Shown one piece after another: positions 40,883-49,799 of a stretch of 64,000 nt of DNA; within the stretch, counting starts at the first letter, position 1, and every line of letters begins with the position of its first letter. Location: the NCBI GenBank assembly GCA_964230645.1, contig CAXRHT010000002.1, positions 384,001-448,000 of the forward strand, written 5' to 3'. The notes under the pieces were generated by a model, which did not search any database, was not told the origin of the DNA, and saw only the letters and a program-made list of their open reading frames with translations. The position numbers and the translations under genes were made by a program. The stretch is from Bdellovibrionales bacterium. GTDB taxonomy: Bacteria > Bdellovibrionota > Bdellovibrionia > Bdellovibrionales > JAGQZY01.

Positions 40883-41035
40883 CCATTGGAAATTTGCGTC
40901 TTGTTTTCGGAGATTTGCTCTAAAAAAAGGCACGGCTCCTGCCTGGCTGTCATCGCCCTTCGGCCGAGCGCGTCCCGCTTGACAGAGCCTTTTTTAGAGC
41001 AAATCCCCGCAAAAAGAGCCCCCAACTTCCAATGG
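40883..41035 (-). repeat. Structured palindromic element, copy C
   Basis: Imperfect arms (CCATTGGAA...GATTTGCTCTAAAAAAGGC / GCCTTTTTTTAGAGCAAATC...TTCCAATGG) around the conserved core on the minus strand. Confidence 0.85.
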
Positions 41036-41140
41036 AGAAAACCCCTAATTTTGAAAAATAATAACTTTGATGGACTTGCCAAGGGTGGGTTTTTTCACGC
41101 AGACTGGAGGTTCTTTACGACTAAAGCACTGAGGAAGACT

Positions 41141-42187
41141 ATGGCGAATAATGTTTGGGTGCACGACCTTGATCCTTTTCTGATTGAATTCACCCAAGGT
41201 GTGGGAGTGAGATGGTATGGCTTGGCTTATGTGACCGGCTTCATCTGTGCCTTTTTCTTTATGAAGTGGTTTTCTGAGAAAAAAATTTCGCCCATCACCG
41301 TGGATGAGGCCTCTGACTTTCTGACCTCTCTGATTCTTGGTGTTCTTATTGGTGGGCGGCTTGGCTACGCTCTTTTTTATAGCCCTCAGCTCTTTACCGA
41401 TTTTCGCTCGGAGATACCTTTTTGGGGACTTCTGGCCGTGTGGGAAGGAGGGATGGCTTCTCATGGTGGGTTTATTGGTGTGCTTGTGGCCTGTCTTTAC
41501 TTTGCTTGGAGAAAAAAAATTCCCTTTCCTCATCTTGGCGATCTGACAGTGGTTGGAGCCATGGTTGGAATTGGGCTGGGACGCTTTGCTAACTTTATCA
41601 ATGGTGAACTTATGGGGCGAGTGGCCTCAGCGGATCTGCCTTGGGCTGTGAAGTTCCCTCAAGACATCACGCGCTGGATTGGCTACGCTCCCGAAAAACT
41701 AGAGAAACTGCAAAAACCGGCCGAACTTTTAGGGGTTTCTCCTAGAGAGTTTCATCGTTGGACGAATAATGTCGTCGCCTACAAGGGAAAGTTTTACTCG
41801 CTGGCTAACGAAATTATTTTGAAAATTCAAAATGGCGATGAGGTGATGACTGGGGCCGTGGGTGAAATTTTAGAACCCCGTCACCCCTCTCAAATTTATG
41901 CCTCATTTACCGAAGCTTGGATTCCGCTCGCCGCTCTTATGATTGCCTGGCGTAAACCGAGAAAACCGGGAATTATCGCCTCTTGTTTTTTAATCATCTA
42001 CTCGATTGGGCGAATTTTTAACGAGCAATTTCGACTGCCTGATGCCCATATTGCCGATCTCTCAGAGCAGCCTCTGGGTATTAGCCGTGGGCAGTTTATT
42101 AGCCTTTGGATGTTTCTCGTGGGCCTTGGACTTCTTATTTGGACCTCTCGCAGGAAAGCCGATAAATTAGGTGGGTGGGCTCAATAG
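41141..42187 (+). CDS. lgt: Prolipoprotein diacylglyceryl transferase
   Basis: VRWYGLAY, GGRLGY, GGMASHGG, GRFANFINGEL, RHPSQ, EQFRLPD. ATG 41141 after GAGGA. Confidence 0.95.
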   Translation: MANNVWVHDLDPFLIEFTQGVGVRWYGLAYVTGFICAFFFMKWFSEKKISPITVDEASDFLTSLILGVLIGGRLGYALFYSPQLFTDFRSEIPFWGLLAVWEGGMASHGGFIGVLVACLYFAWRKKIPFPHLGDLTVVGAMVGIGLGRFANFINGELMGRVASADLPWAVKFPQDITRWIGYAPEKLEKLQKPAELLGVSPREFHRWTNNVVAYKGKFYSLANEIILKIQNGDEVMTGAVGEILEPRHPSQIYASFTEAWIPLAALMIAWRKPRKPGIIASCFLIIYSIGRIFNEQFRLPDAHIADLSEQPLGISRGQFISLWMFLVGLGLLIWTSRRKADKLGGWAQ

Positions 42188-42370
42188 TTTAAGAGCTCTC
42201 TTCCATTATTTGTCGATATCTTTAACGCTTTTTCCTCCCCTTTCTTTTCAGGACAATTTTTCAAAGAATCTGACGATAAAGTTATCATATTTCGCTTGGA
42301 AAAAATGATAACAAATTTTCCTTTCACCTCTTCTCTTGCCACTGTCGATAAGTCTTTTGAAGAGGTTCGT

Positions 42371-43591
42371 ATGAGACTAAAATTTATTTTTATTTTGATG
42401 AGTGCGTTTATTCTTTCTGGATGTGAATCAGGGGATTCGTCTGGAAACAACTCTTTACTCGAAGAAGATGAAAATGGCGTGCCACTGTCCTGCTTGGAGG
42501 ATGCCAATGCTCCCTGTCCCGGAGCGAAGAAGGAAAGCATCCGTAAAACTTTTGGTGCAGTTCCCACCGACATTCTTTTTGTACTCGATGAGTCTTGCTC
42601 AATGAGTACAATTGCCAACAATATGAAATTGGGGTTTGAATCTTTGGAGTCAGGACAATATCCAGCAAACACTTTGATGGGTGTGACCTATATGTCCCCG
42701 GTTATGCAATCAGGAAATGGCGAACTGGATTTTTCCACCCCTTATCACAATAAAGTCGACACTCTTTTGCCGGGTCATATGAAGCTAGTAAATGAAACTC
42801 ACATTGCTGACTACGTGGCCGCTTATCCAGAGTATGCTGGGGACTTTTCAAAAGAGGCTTGCAGCAATTCATGGTTTGAACCGACTGAAACCAATGCTTC
42901 GGGTGACTCTTGTCTGAGTGCTGCTGTGCAACTAGCTCCCATTTGCACGGGAATCGAGGCGGGTGTCGTTTCTCTTTTACAAATGCTTGAAAAATACAAT
43001 CAAGAAGGCGAGAGACTTTTTCGCCCAGGGGCTAATGTCAGTATAATCCTTGTCTCCGATACTCACGAACCAGGGGCCGGTTACTGGGGAAGAAATGGCG
43101 CTCCTGAGAGAATGGCCAATTTTGAAGAAATCATTTATGCCGTCAGCCGTAATTCCCGAGGCATATCCTCATTAAAAGTCGGAGGTATTCTCCCTGTTCC
43201 GAAAAAAGGACATCCTGAACTTGAAGGTTTAAAAGTCATTGGTGACATCCCTCAAACCGATGCGGAGGCAAAAATCAATGGAGAGGGATTTTGGGACTAC
43301 TCTTATCTTCCTCTAATTAAAACCTTTCAAGGGGCTGTTTCACACGCAAAAAGTAGCGACTGGACAGCCATGGCTGAAAGCCTTGTGGAAGATGCTAAAA
43401 CTACGGGGACCATCCTTCTTGAGCCAAAGAGCAAAGCGAAAAAGGTATTAAAGATCACAGTAAACGGAGAGGTGGTTGATCCATCGACTTATTTTATCGC
43501 TTTTGGGGGCGAGGTGATTAGTCTGCGCTATTCAAGCCCCACGGATGTGGATCTTGATATTCAAATATTTTATGAAGAGAGTCTCGACTAA
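42371..43591 (+). CDS. von Willebrand factor A (MIDAS) domain lipoprotein
   Basis: LSGC lipobox; DILFVLDESCSM (DxSxS), EAG, IILVSD. Confidence 0.8.
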   Translation: MRLKFIFILMSAFILSGCESGDSSGNNSLLEEDENGVPLSCLEDANAPCPGAKKESIRKTFGAVPTDILFVLDESCSMSTIANNMKLGFESLESGQYPANTLMGVTYMSPVMQSGNGELDFSTPYHNKVDTLLPGHMKLVNETHIADYVAAYPEYAGDFSKEACSNSWFEPTETNASGDSCLSAAVQLAPICTGIEAGVVSLLQMLEKYNQEGERLFRPGANVSIILVSDTHEPGAGYWGRNGAPERMANFEEIIYAVSRNSRGISSLKVGGILPVPKKGHPELEGLKVIGDIPQTDAEAKINGEGFWDYSYLPLIKTFQGAVSHAKSSDWTAMAESLVEDAKTTGTILLEPKSKAKKVLKITVNGEVVDPSTYFIAFGGEVISLRYSSPTDVDLDIQIFYEESLD

Positions 43592-43716
43592 TTTGAACGA
43601 CGGGAAAATAGGGATATTTTAGACGGTGTCGGGATTCTTACACTTTTGTCTCAAAATTAATCGCTTAGGACCTATTAAATCACGCCAAAGTTAAAAAGGA
43701 TGGAGCGCTAATTGCA

Positions 43717-45459
43717 ATGTTAATGACTGTGGGTAAAAAGTTAGTTTGGGTCTTCTCTTTTTTAGTCGTTTTTATTGGCTTTCAGAACTGTGGACAGTTT
43801 CAGTCCACCGGCTCTTTAGGGCTTAATTCTTTTTCGCCCTCTGTTCAGGGACGAAAATTTCAATGTGAGACCCCTACAACACGAGGCCTCAGTGACGGAC
43901 GCCTTCGTCGCCTCACTCGAATTGAAATTCAAAATTCATTGCAACAAATTTTTGGATCCCAGCTTACTGAAAAGATCTCCTCACAAATCAATCTTTATCC
44001 TGAAGAAGTTTTTCTCACAGAGGTGAGTGAATTTGAAAAATCTCACCAAAAAACCCATATGCAAGGGCTTCTCGCTATTGCTCAGGCTGTGGGAGAAGAA
44101 GTTGTTAATAGTAAATCCGACTTTCTTCCCGCTTGCCTTCTCGACAATTCCCAAGAAAATATCGATCTAACCAATCAATCTTGTGTCGATGACTTTGTAT
44201 CGAAACTGGCTCTACAAATCTTCCGCCGTCCTGCCATTACAGAAGAAAAGGAGGCTCTGTATAAAATCATTGAGGATGACTCCACAGAACTTTCAACGCC
44301 GGAGAATAAAATAAAAGTGCTTATTTCTTCACTACTACTCAATCCTCAGTTCTCCTTTCACCTTTCAAAAACCACAAATTTTACCCAGGGCCAAAGAGTC
44401 CAAGTGGATTCTTACACGCTAGCCTCGCGATTGAGCTTTAGAGTGATCGGAGCCAGTCCGGATCAAGAACTTTTAGATTTGGCTGCAAGTGGTGCCATCT
44501 TAAATCCTGAGGTGATGAGAGAGCAGGCTCGTCGCCTTTTGAATACCCCAATGGGCCGAAGATATGTGCGCCATCTTTTCTCTCATTGGTTGAAAGTAGG
44601 ACAGGAGTCAGCGATCAATACCACCTATGCCGCCCATATCGATGTGGACCCTAGTGATTTAAAAAGAGCCATGCAAGAAGAAGCTCTTGATTTTGCTGAA
44701 CACATTGTCTTTGAAAAAGAGGGAAATTTCTTTGATCTTCTTAATAGTGATTTGGCCTTCCCCCAGACCACGGATTTGGCCAAAGTCATGGACACTGAAA
44801 TCTCTTCTGGCGTGAGTGACCCGAAGATCGCTCAAGATGGCAGAAGGGGCCTATTTATGCGTCCCCTTCTGATGATTTCGCCGGAAACTAGAACCTCTGT
44901 TATTCACCGGGGCTATGTTTTCAATAAACAGTTTCTTTGTCGTCAAATTCCAAGTCCTAGTAACGCCGCTTTAGAAGAAGGCCAACAGCGTCTTGAGGAA
45001 ATAGACCCTCTTCAGATGACTGCGCGTGAAGAAGCGGCGCATGTGACTTCAGCGAGCTCCTGTATGGGTTGTCATAGTATGATTAACCCACCTGGATTTG
45101 TGATGGAGCAGTTCGGCCCTGTGGGAGATCTCAGAGAGCAAGAGGATATTTTTGATGCGAACGGAAACTTCCTGCGCTCTTTACCTATCAATATAAGTGT
45201 GGATGGCTTTCCCATTGATAAGCAGACAAGAAGTGTGAGCTCTTTGAACGAGTTTAATGAAATGATGTCTTTTTCAATGGACTCTCAAGCCTGTTTTGGT
45301 CAGAAACTCTTTCGTTTCTCACGTCTACAAATGGAAAATGATGCGGATAACTGTCACCTCTCCGAGGTGGAAGGACGAATCAACCGAGGCGATAGCCTTC
45401 TTGAGGTTTTAATTCAGAATGCCGTTAGCGAGGATATTTTATGGCAAGAAAAAATTTAA
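43717..45459 (+). CDS. DUF1587/1595/1592/1588 (PSD/PSCyt-type) lipoprotein with CxxCH
   Basis: FQNC; LRRLTRIE, IFRRP, LASRLSF..SPDQEL, SVIHRG, CMGCHSMINPPGF. Confidence 0.85.
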   Translation: MLMTVGKKLVWVFSFLVVFIGFQNCGQFQSTGSLGLNSFSPSVQGRKFQCETPTTRGLSDGRLRRLTRIEIQNSLQQIFGSQLTEKISSQINLYPEEVFLTEVSEFEKSHQKTHMQGLLAIAQAVGEEVVNSKSDFLPACLLDNSQENIDLTNQSCVDDFVSKLALQIFRRPAITEEKEALYKIIEDDSTELSTPENKIKVLISSLLLNPQFSFHLSKTTNFTQGQRVQVDSYTLASRLSFRVIGASPDQELLDLAASGAILNPEVMREQARRLLNTPMGRRYVRHLFSHWLKVGQESAINTTYAAHIDVDPSDLKRAMQEEALDFAEHIVFEKEGNFFDLLNSDLAFPQTTDLAKVMDTEISSGVSDPKIAQDGRRGLFMRPLLMISPETRTSVIHRGYVFNKQFLCRQIPSPSNAALEEGQQRLEEIDPLQMTAREEAAHVTSASSCMGCHSMINPPGFVMEQFGPVGDLREQEDIFDANGNFLRSLPINISVDGFPIDKQTRSVSSLNEFNEMMSFSMDSQACFGQKLFRFSRLQMENDADNCHLSEVEGRINRGDSLLEVLIQNAVSEDILWQEKI

Positions 45460-46964
45460 AACAGCATAGAAGACTTCCTCTCACTTACAATTCTTTGACG
45501 CGAAGGATGTTTTTGGGACGACTAGGAGGTTTAGCTTTATCCATTCCCCTTCTTCCCTCACTGATTCCCCAGGTGGCTCGAGCGGCCGTTCCCGGTGATT
45601 TTAGGCGAGCCGTTTTTTTGGCCAACCGACACGGTGGTCTTTCGCTAGACTTTGATGCCAAGAATGTGAATTACCAAAATATCGCCGCCAATATTCGCGC
45701 GGGCTCTTTAGCTAACGCCGAACTCGGTGAGGTCTTTCCAAGTGAGTACAATGCTTTGAAGTCGAAAATGACCCTGTTGCGAGGACTTGATTTATCAGAT
45801 GCCTGGGGCCATGTATGGGCCACTGCTTTAGCCGGTACAGGCCAAGGGGACCGCAATAGTGAGACCTCAGAGCTGCGTTCAAGGATTCCCGATTCTATTG
45901 ACACTCTCTTAAGTAAATCCAATAAGGTCTATCCCAATTCCTCGCCGTTAAGAATTCTTCGCTTGGGACCTTATAGTGACAACACTCACAGCTTTGAAAA
46001 TCATCGTATTCAAAAAGGAATCACTGACACAAAAACTCTTTTTGATCTCGTTTCAAACAATATCGTAGTTCCCGATGAAGAACAGGGTCCCTCAGCTCAA
46101 GAGTTGTCCCAATTGAGAAAAAAGAAAATTGTCGACTATGCCCTTTCCTCGATCAATCAGGTTAGAAAAAGTCGCGACATTTCCGCTGAAGACAAACCCC
46201 TACTTGATAATTACGCCGATCTTCTCTCCCAACTTCAGGGCACCGGAGGGGCCGGCAATTCCCCTCAAACCAACGGCTACTCCTGTGAGGATTTTTCCTA
46301 TGAGCGTGAAGCGGCCGGAGACGCTGCCAAAGCCCGTAAGATGTGCGATATTTTAGTGGCTGCCATGGCCTGCGGAGTTTGTAAGATCGGAACAATGAGC
46401 TTACCCGCAGAACACTACTACGTTCACCGAGTCAGTGACACTACCAACCGAAAGCTTCATGCCGACTATTTAAAAGCCAATGTTTTCCCAACGGGAGCCT
46501 ATCTTATGTCCCTAATGGACGCTCTGCCTGAGAGCAATGGCAACTCAATGCTTGAAAATTCCTGTGTGATGTTCACTAGCGACTTAGCTTCCAGCAAATT
46601 TGATAACCATCACGGCTGTAACTTTCCTGTTTTTATAGGCGGAGGGCTCAATGGAAAGCTTCGTATGGGGCAATCCATCGATTATCAAAATTACAATCAT
46701 CAACTCGCGGAGTTTCGCCGTTACGAGGGAGGCCACTACGGCGGTCGCCCCTATAACGAACTCTTAGTAACCATCTTAAAGTCCTTTGGCCTGCAAGCTT
46801 CTGAATATTCTCAAGGAGGACAGGGAGGTTTTGGAGTTTACGACTATCGCAACCCGAGAGGAAACGATACCACTGCCAACCGCCTGGCTGATTATTTCAA
46901 AGAGGTTTATCTCCCCAATCAACCGAATCGGGACCAAACTCTACCCTATTTTTATAGAGGTTAG
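45441..46964 (+). CDS. DUF1552-family Tat-exported protein
   Basis: TRRMFL twin-arginine signal, SIDT, E-x-NG-x-SMLENS, HH..NFP..IGG, YNELL. Confidence 0.85.
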   Translation: MARKNLKQHRRLPLTYNSLTRRMFLGRLGGLALSIPLLPSLIPQVARAAVPGDFRRAVFLANRHGGLSLDFDAKNVNYQNIAANIRAGSLANAELGEVFPSEYNALKSKMTLLRGLDLSDAWGHVWATALAGTGQGDRNSETSELRSRIPDSIDTLLSKSNKVYPNSSPLRILRLGPYSDNTHSFENHRIQKGITDTKTLFDLVSNNIVVPDEEQGPSAQELSQLRKKKIVDYALSSINQVRKSRDISAEDKPLLDNYADLLSQLQGTGGAGNSPQTNGYSCEDFSYEREAAGDAAKARKMCDILVAAMACGVCKIGTMSLPAEHYYVHRVSDTTNRKLHADYLKANVFPTGAYLMSLMDALPESNGNSMLENSCVMFTSDLASSKFDNHHGCNFPVFIGGGLNGKLRMGQSIDYQNYNHQLAEFRRYEGGHYGGRPYNELLVTILKSFGLQASEYSQGGQGGFGVYDYRNPRGNDTTANRLADYFKEVYLPNQPNRDQTLPYFYRG

Positions 46965-47072
46965 ATTTTTGAATTATATCGATTGATATGTAATCTTTCC
47001 TATTTTTTTCATATCCGTTGCGATCGTGAAAGCCCCTTGTTAACTCTTTAAAAAAGGGACAAGGGGCATTTA

Positions 47073-48044
47073 ATGACTAAACTTTTTTTTAAAATTTTCT
47101 TTTTAATCTCATTCTCACTGCCAGCCATGGCCATGGACGAGTGCTACGGCAAAGATGAAAATGGTGAAGATCTTTGGGTTATGGGGTCCCGTGTGGGTTT
47201 TGGCCCCGGTGATGACAATTTGGTGAGACTCAATAACGGTGAGCTTGTTGTCCCCTGTGGCTTGAGAAGTGAAAATTCCCAAAACCTCGATCCAAAATGG
47301 CAGAAAACCTATCTTTCTCGCTTTGACTCTGAATTTGTAAGCCTTGTTGATCAGAAAATTAAAGTCGAAAGTGCTTCGGAGAATATTTACCAATGCCTCC
47401 AAGGGGAAAATACTAGGTTCTCCTTTGGGCAGAGAAGAGAGCAGCACTCCGACCAGATTCAGCAAAAGTGTGCCAGACGGAGCCTACAAAAGCTTTTACA
47501 AATCGTATTGCAAGTATCCTACGATGTGTACGGAGTGGAAATTAAGAATATGGTGATTGGTGAGACCCAATATGAAAACCTAAATTCTCAAAACCTTCCT
47601 GGAGCTTTGGTAAACGATCTGGAAGAAGAGGATAAGCGCCTTGCTTTTTTTAGTACGCTACGAGTGAGCTTTGAAAAGGTGGTCGATTTTGTGAATTACG
47701 AAGGAAACGTTCATATAGGAAGCCGCAATTACAAAGTGCGTGTGTCCCCCTTTATCGAAGCCCCCCAAGTAGAAGCCGATATTTGGTCCCTGGATTTAAA
47801 AGACGCTTCCGTGGAGTTTGGACTCGTCTCTGAGGTACTTTCAAAAAGCGGCCAAAAAGAAATGGAAATGGTTCTAAAGGTTCAACCCCACCTCAATGGG
47901 GATTACTCAATGGGGCTTGCCGCCACAAAAATTTGCCGCGTGTTTGATGCTGTTAGTTTTCGCTGTCAGCTGGATTTAGATTTTGAGCAAGTGGACGGAG
48001 ACTATGGCTTCGCTGTTTTCTTCCGCGGCTACCTCCCTTTTTAG
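47073..48044 (+). CDS. Secreted/outer-membrane hypothetical protein
   Basis: Signal peptide ending AMA; beta-rich C-terminus ending in F. Confidence 0.75.
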   Translation: MTKLFFKIFFLISFSLPAMAMDECYGKDENGEDLWVMGSRVGFGPGDDNLVRLNNGELVVPCGLRSENSQNLDPKWQKTYLSRFDSEFVSLVDQKIKVESASENIYQCLQGENTRFSFGQRREQHSDQIQQKCARRSLQKLLQIVLQVSYDVYGVEIKNMVIGETQYENLNSQNLPGALVNDLEEEDKRLAFFSTLRVSFEKVVDFVNYEGNVHIGSRNYKVRVSPFIEAPQVEADIWSLDLKDASVEFGLVSEVLSKSGQKEMEMVLKVQPHLNGDYSMGLAATKICRVFDAVSFRCQLDLDFEQVDGDYGFAVFFRGYLPF

Positions 48045-48091
48045 GGCCTCCTGGATTCAATCTCCGTTGTTGTCCAGAAGCCTCCATTGCA

Positions 48092-48268
48092 TCCACTGTC
48101 ATCCTGAGCGTCCACTGCCATCCTGAGCGTCCACTGCCATCCTGAGCGTCCACTGTCATCCTGAGCGTCCACTGTCATCCTGAGCGTCCACTGTCATCCT
48201 GAGCGTCCACTGTCATCCTGAGCGTCCACTGTCATCCTGAGGCGAAGCCGAAGGATCTACAGAAGCTC
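48092..48268 (+). repeat. Seven tandem 19-bp units plus an eighth running into a CGTC/TGTC-type REP palindrome
   Basis: TCCACTG(T/C)CATCCTGAGCG at 48092-48224, then TCCACTGTCATCCTGAGGCGAAGCCGAAGGATCT. Confidence 0.95.
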
Positions 48269-48386
48269 GCTCAAAACTTCTCCTCCCCAACTCTGAACAA
48301 TAGAACAATTGATTGTTAGCAATTTTCGTCACTTAATTAAATTTATTGTCTGTTTAGGCCCCTAAATCCTCTATTTTCGATTTCAG

Positions 48387-48402
48387 CGGTATAAATCTTG
48401 CT
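48387..48402 (+). promoter_or_regulatory. Putative sigma54 -24/-12 promoter
   Basis: CGGTATAAATCTTGCT gives GG-N10-GC with TTGCT, 27 nt before ATG 48430. Confidence 0.5.
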
Positions 48403-48429
48403 CTTTAATAGGCCATTAAGGAGACTAAA

Positions 48430-48969
48430 ATGAAAACACTAAGATTTTTTATCTTAATCGCTTTGTCTGGAATCATTGTTTCCGCTTGTGGAAGCGATGA
48501 CAACAATGCTGCCGCCCCGGCAGCGAACCCAACACCCAACAATTCCAGAGACTTCTATATATCAGATAACGATTGCTACCGCGCCAGTAACAATCAACGA
48601 GTGAGCAATAACAACTGCTCTGGCTATGAATACGCCATTCGTGGAGGTCAATGTTATAGAGGTAGCGAAAGGTCGAACCTCAATAACTGTACCCGTAACA
48701 CTTACTATATGAGTGATAACGGCTGTTATGACCGGTCAGGAAACACGGTCGCCGAAAACCGTTGCGGAAGTTATGACGACGATCATTACGATGACGAGTA
48801 TGACTATGACAATGGAAGTGGAAGCAACGCCTGCCGCGGACCCCACCTCTTCTTTGACGATGACGGTGAGATCTACGAGGTCAACTGTGACGGCCGTGAG
48901 CGTACCGGAAACTGTAGCGAGTACTACCTATTTGATATTGATGATCAAAGCTGGGTTCACTGCGGTTAA
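48430..48969 (+). CDS. Cys-rich repeat lipoprotein
   Basis: VSAC lipobox, AAGGAG SD; three ~21-aa two-Cys repeats; acidic C-terminal domain. Confidence 0.85.
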   Translation: MKTLRFFILIALSGIIVSACGSDDNNAAAPAANPTPNNSRDFYISDNDCYRASNNQRVSNNNCSGYEYAIRGGQCYRGSERSNLNNCTRNTYYMSDNGCYDRSGNTVAENRCGSYDDDHYDDEYDYDNGSGSNACRGPHLFFDDDGEIYEVNCDGRERTGNCSEYYLFDIDDQSWVHCG

Positions 48970-49799
48970 TTCTTTTTCTTATCTTCCGTACTAACAGAGC
49001 GAGCCCCAGCTGGTGGTTCGCTCGTACGAGGATTTCTTTCATTGCGAGCCACAGCTTCATTGATCAAAGCCGCTTGTTGCTGACAACTCGCTCCTCTTTG
49101 TAAAAAGCGAGGATGAATGATCACGCGATCCCCTCGTTGATTAAAGATGCGAGCAATCCCCCCTCTTCTTCTCTCAATAAAAACTTGCCCATTGGCACAA
49201 ACATAACGATCCTCATCAGGGTCGCGGCTATCCACAACTTCGTGATCCACATAGGGGCCACGGTCATTGTTTCTTCTTGCACGTCTTCTTTGCCACCAAC
49301 CGCGAAGGAGCCAGCCACCCACTCCCCCTAAAATAAGTGGAATCCAAGGAATGGCGTGAGCTTTGTCAAAAAATAAAGAATCGAGGCTTGCGGTGTCTCC
49401 TGAGCAATTGAGCTTCTTACAAACACCTTCAATAAATGTGGGAATGGAATTGTAGTCCTTAAAATTAAAGCGCACTTTATTGATAACGACATAGTCGTCT
49501 TCAACGACAAGAGAGCTTCTTTGGTAGGAGATCTTGTTGCCTTTGACCACGAAATCAGGAAAAACACTGCTTTCCGGTAAACCTTTTTTAGCAAACAGCT
49601 TTTTTAATTGGGCCATCTCTTCTTTGGAGGTGTATTTTGCGCCCCAACTAAGAAAACCATTCAAAGTCTCAGTTTGCTTGAGCAGATTGGCCGCCGCAAT
49701 GGCTCGGTATTCATTGATGGGCTTTAGCTTATCGATTGTTTTCGTCCACCCCACTTGGGAGATAAAAAGACTGACTGTAAAAATAAGCAAAGATTTCAT
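48966..49799 (-). CDS. Secreted hypothetical protein with internal hydrophobic segment and Arg-rich tail
   Basis: AGGAGG SD before ATG 49799; signal peptide; KAHA-IPWIPLILGGVGGWLL. Confidence 0.8.
   Translation of the reverse strand: MKSLLIFTVSLFISQVGWTKTIDKLKPINEYRAIAAANLLKQTETLNGFLSWGAKYTSKEEMAQLKKLFAKKGLPESSVFPDFVVKGNKISYQRSSLVVEDDYVVINKVRFNFKDYNSIPTFIEGVCKKLNCSGDTASLDSLFFDKAHAIPWIPLILGGVGGWLLRGWWQRRRARRNNDRGPYVDHEVVDSRDPDEDRYVCANGQVFIERRRGGIARIFNQRGDRVIIHPRFLQRGASCQQQAALINEAVARNERNPRTSEPPAGARSVSTEDKKKN

Noticed and set aside
16270..41035. Reading the three palindromic elements as terminators, MITEs or retron msr-msd
   Set aside because: There are no consistent U-tracts and two copies lie between divergent genes. 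The terminal sequences are not shared and no target duplication is evident. No reverse transcriptase is nearby.
40798..41140. 94-aa minus ORF and the 85-aa N-terminal extension of Lgt
   Set aside because: Both run through palindromic element C; Lgt similarity and the SD begin at 41141.
48092..48260. Possible CRISPR array
   Set aside because: Units are contiguous with no unique spacers, and no cas genes are present.
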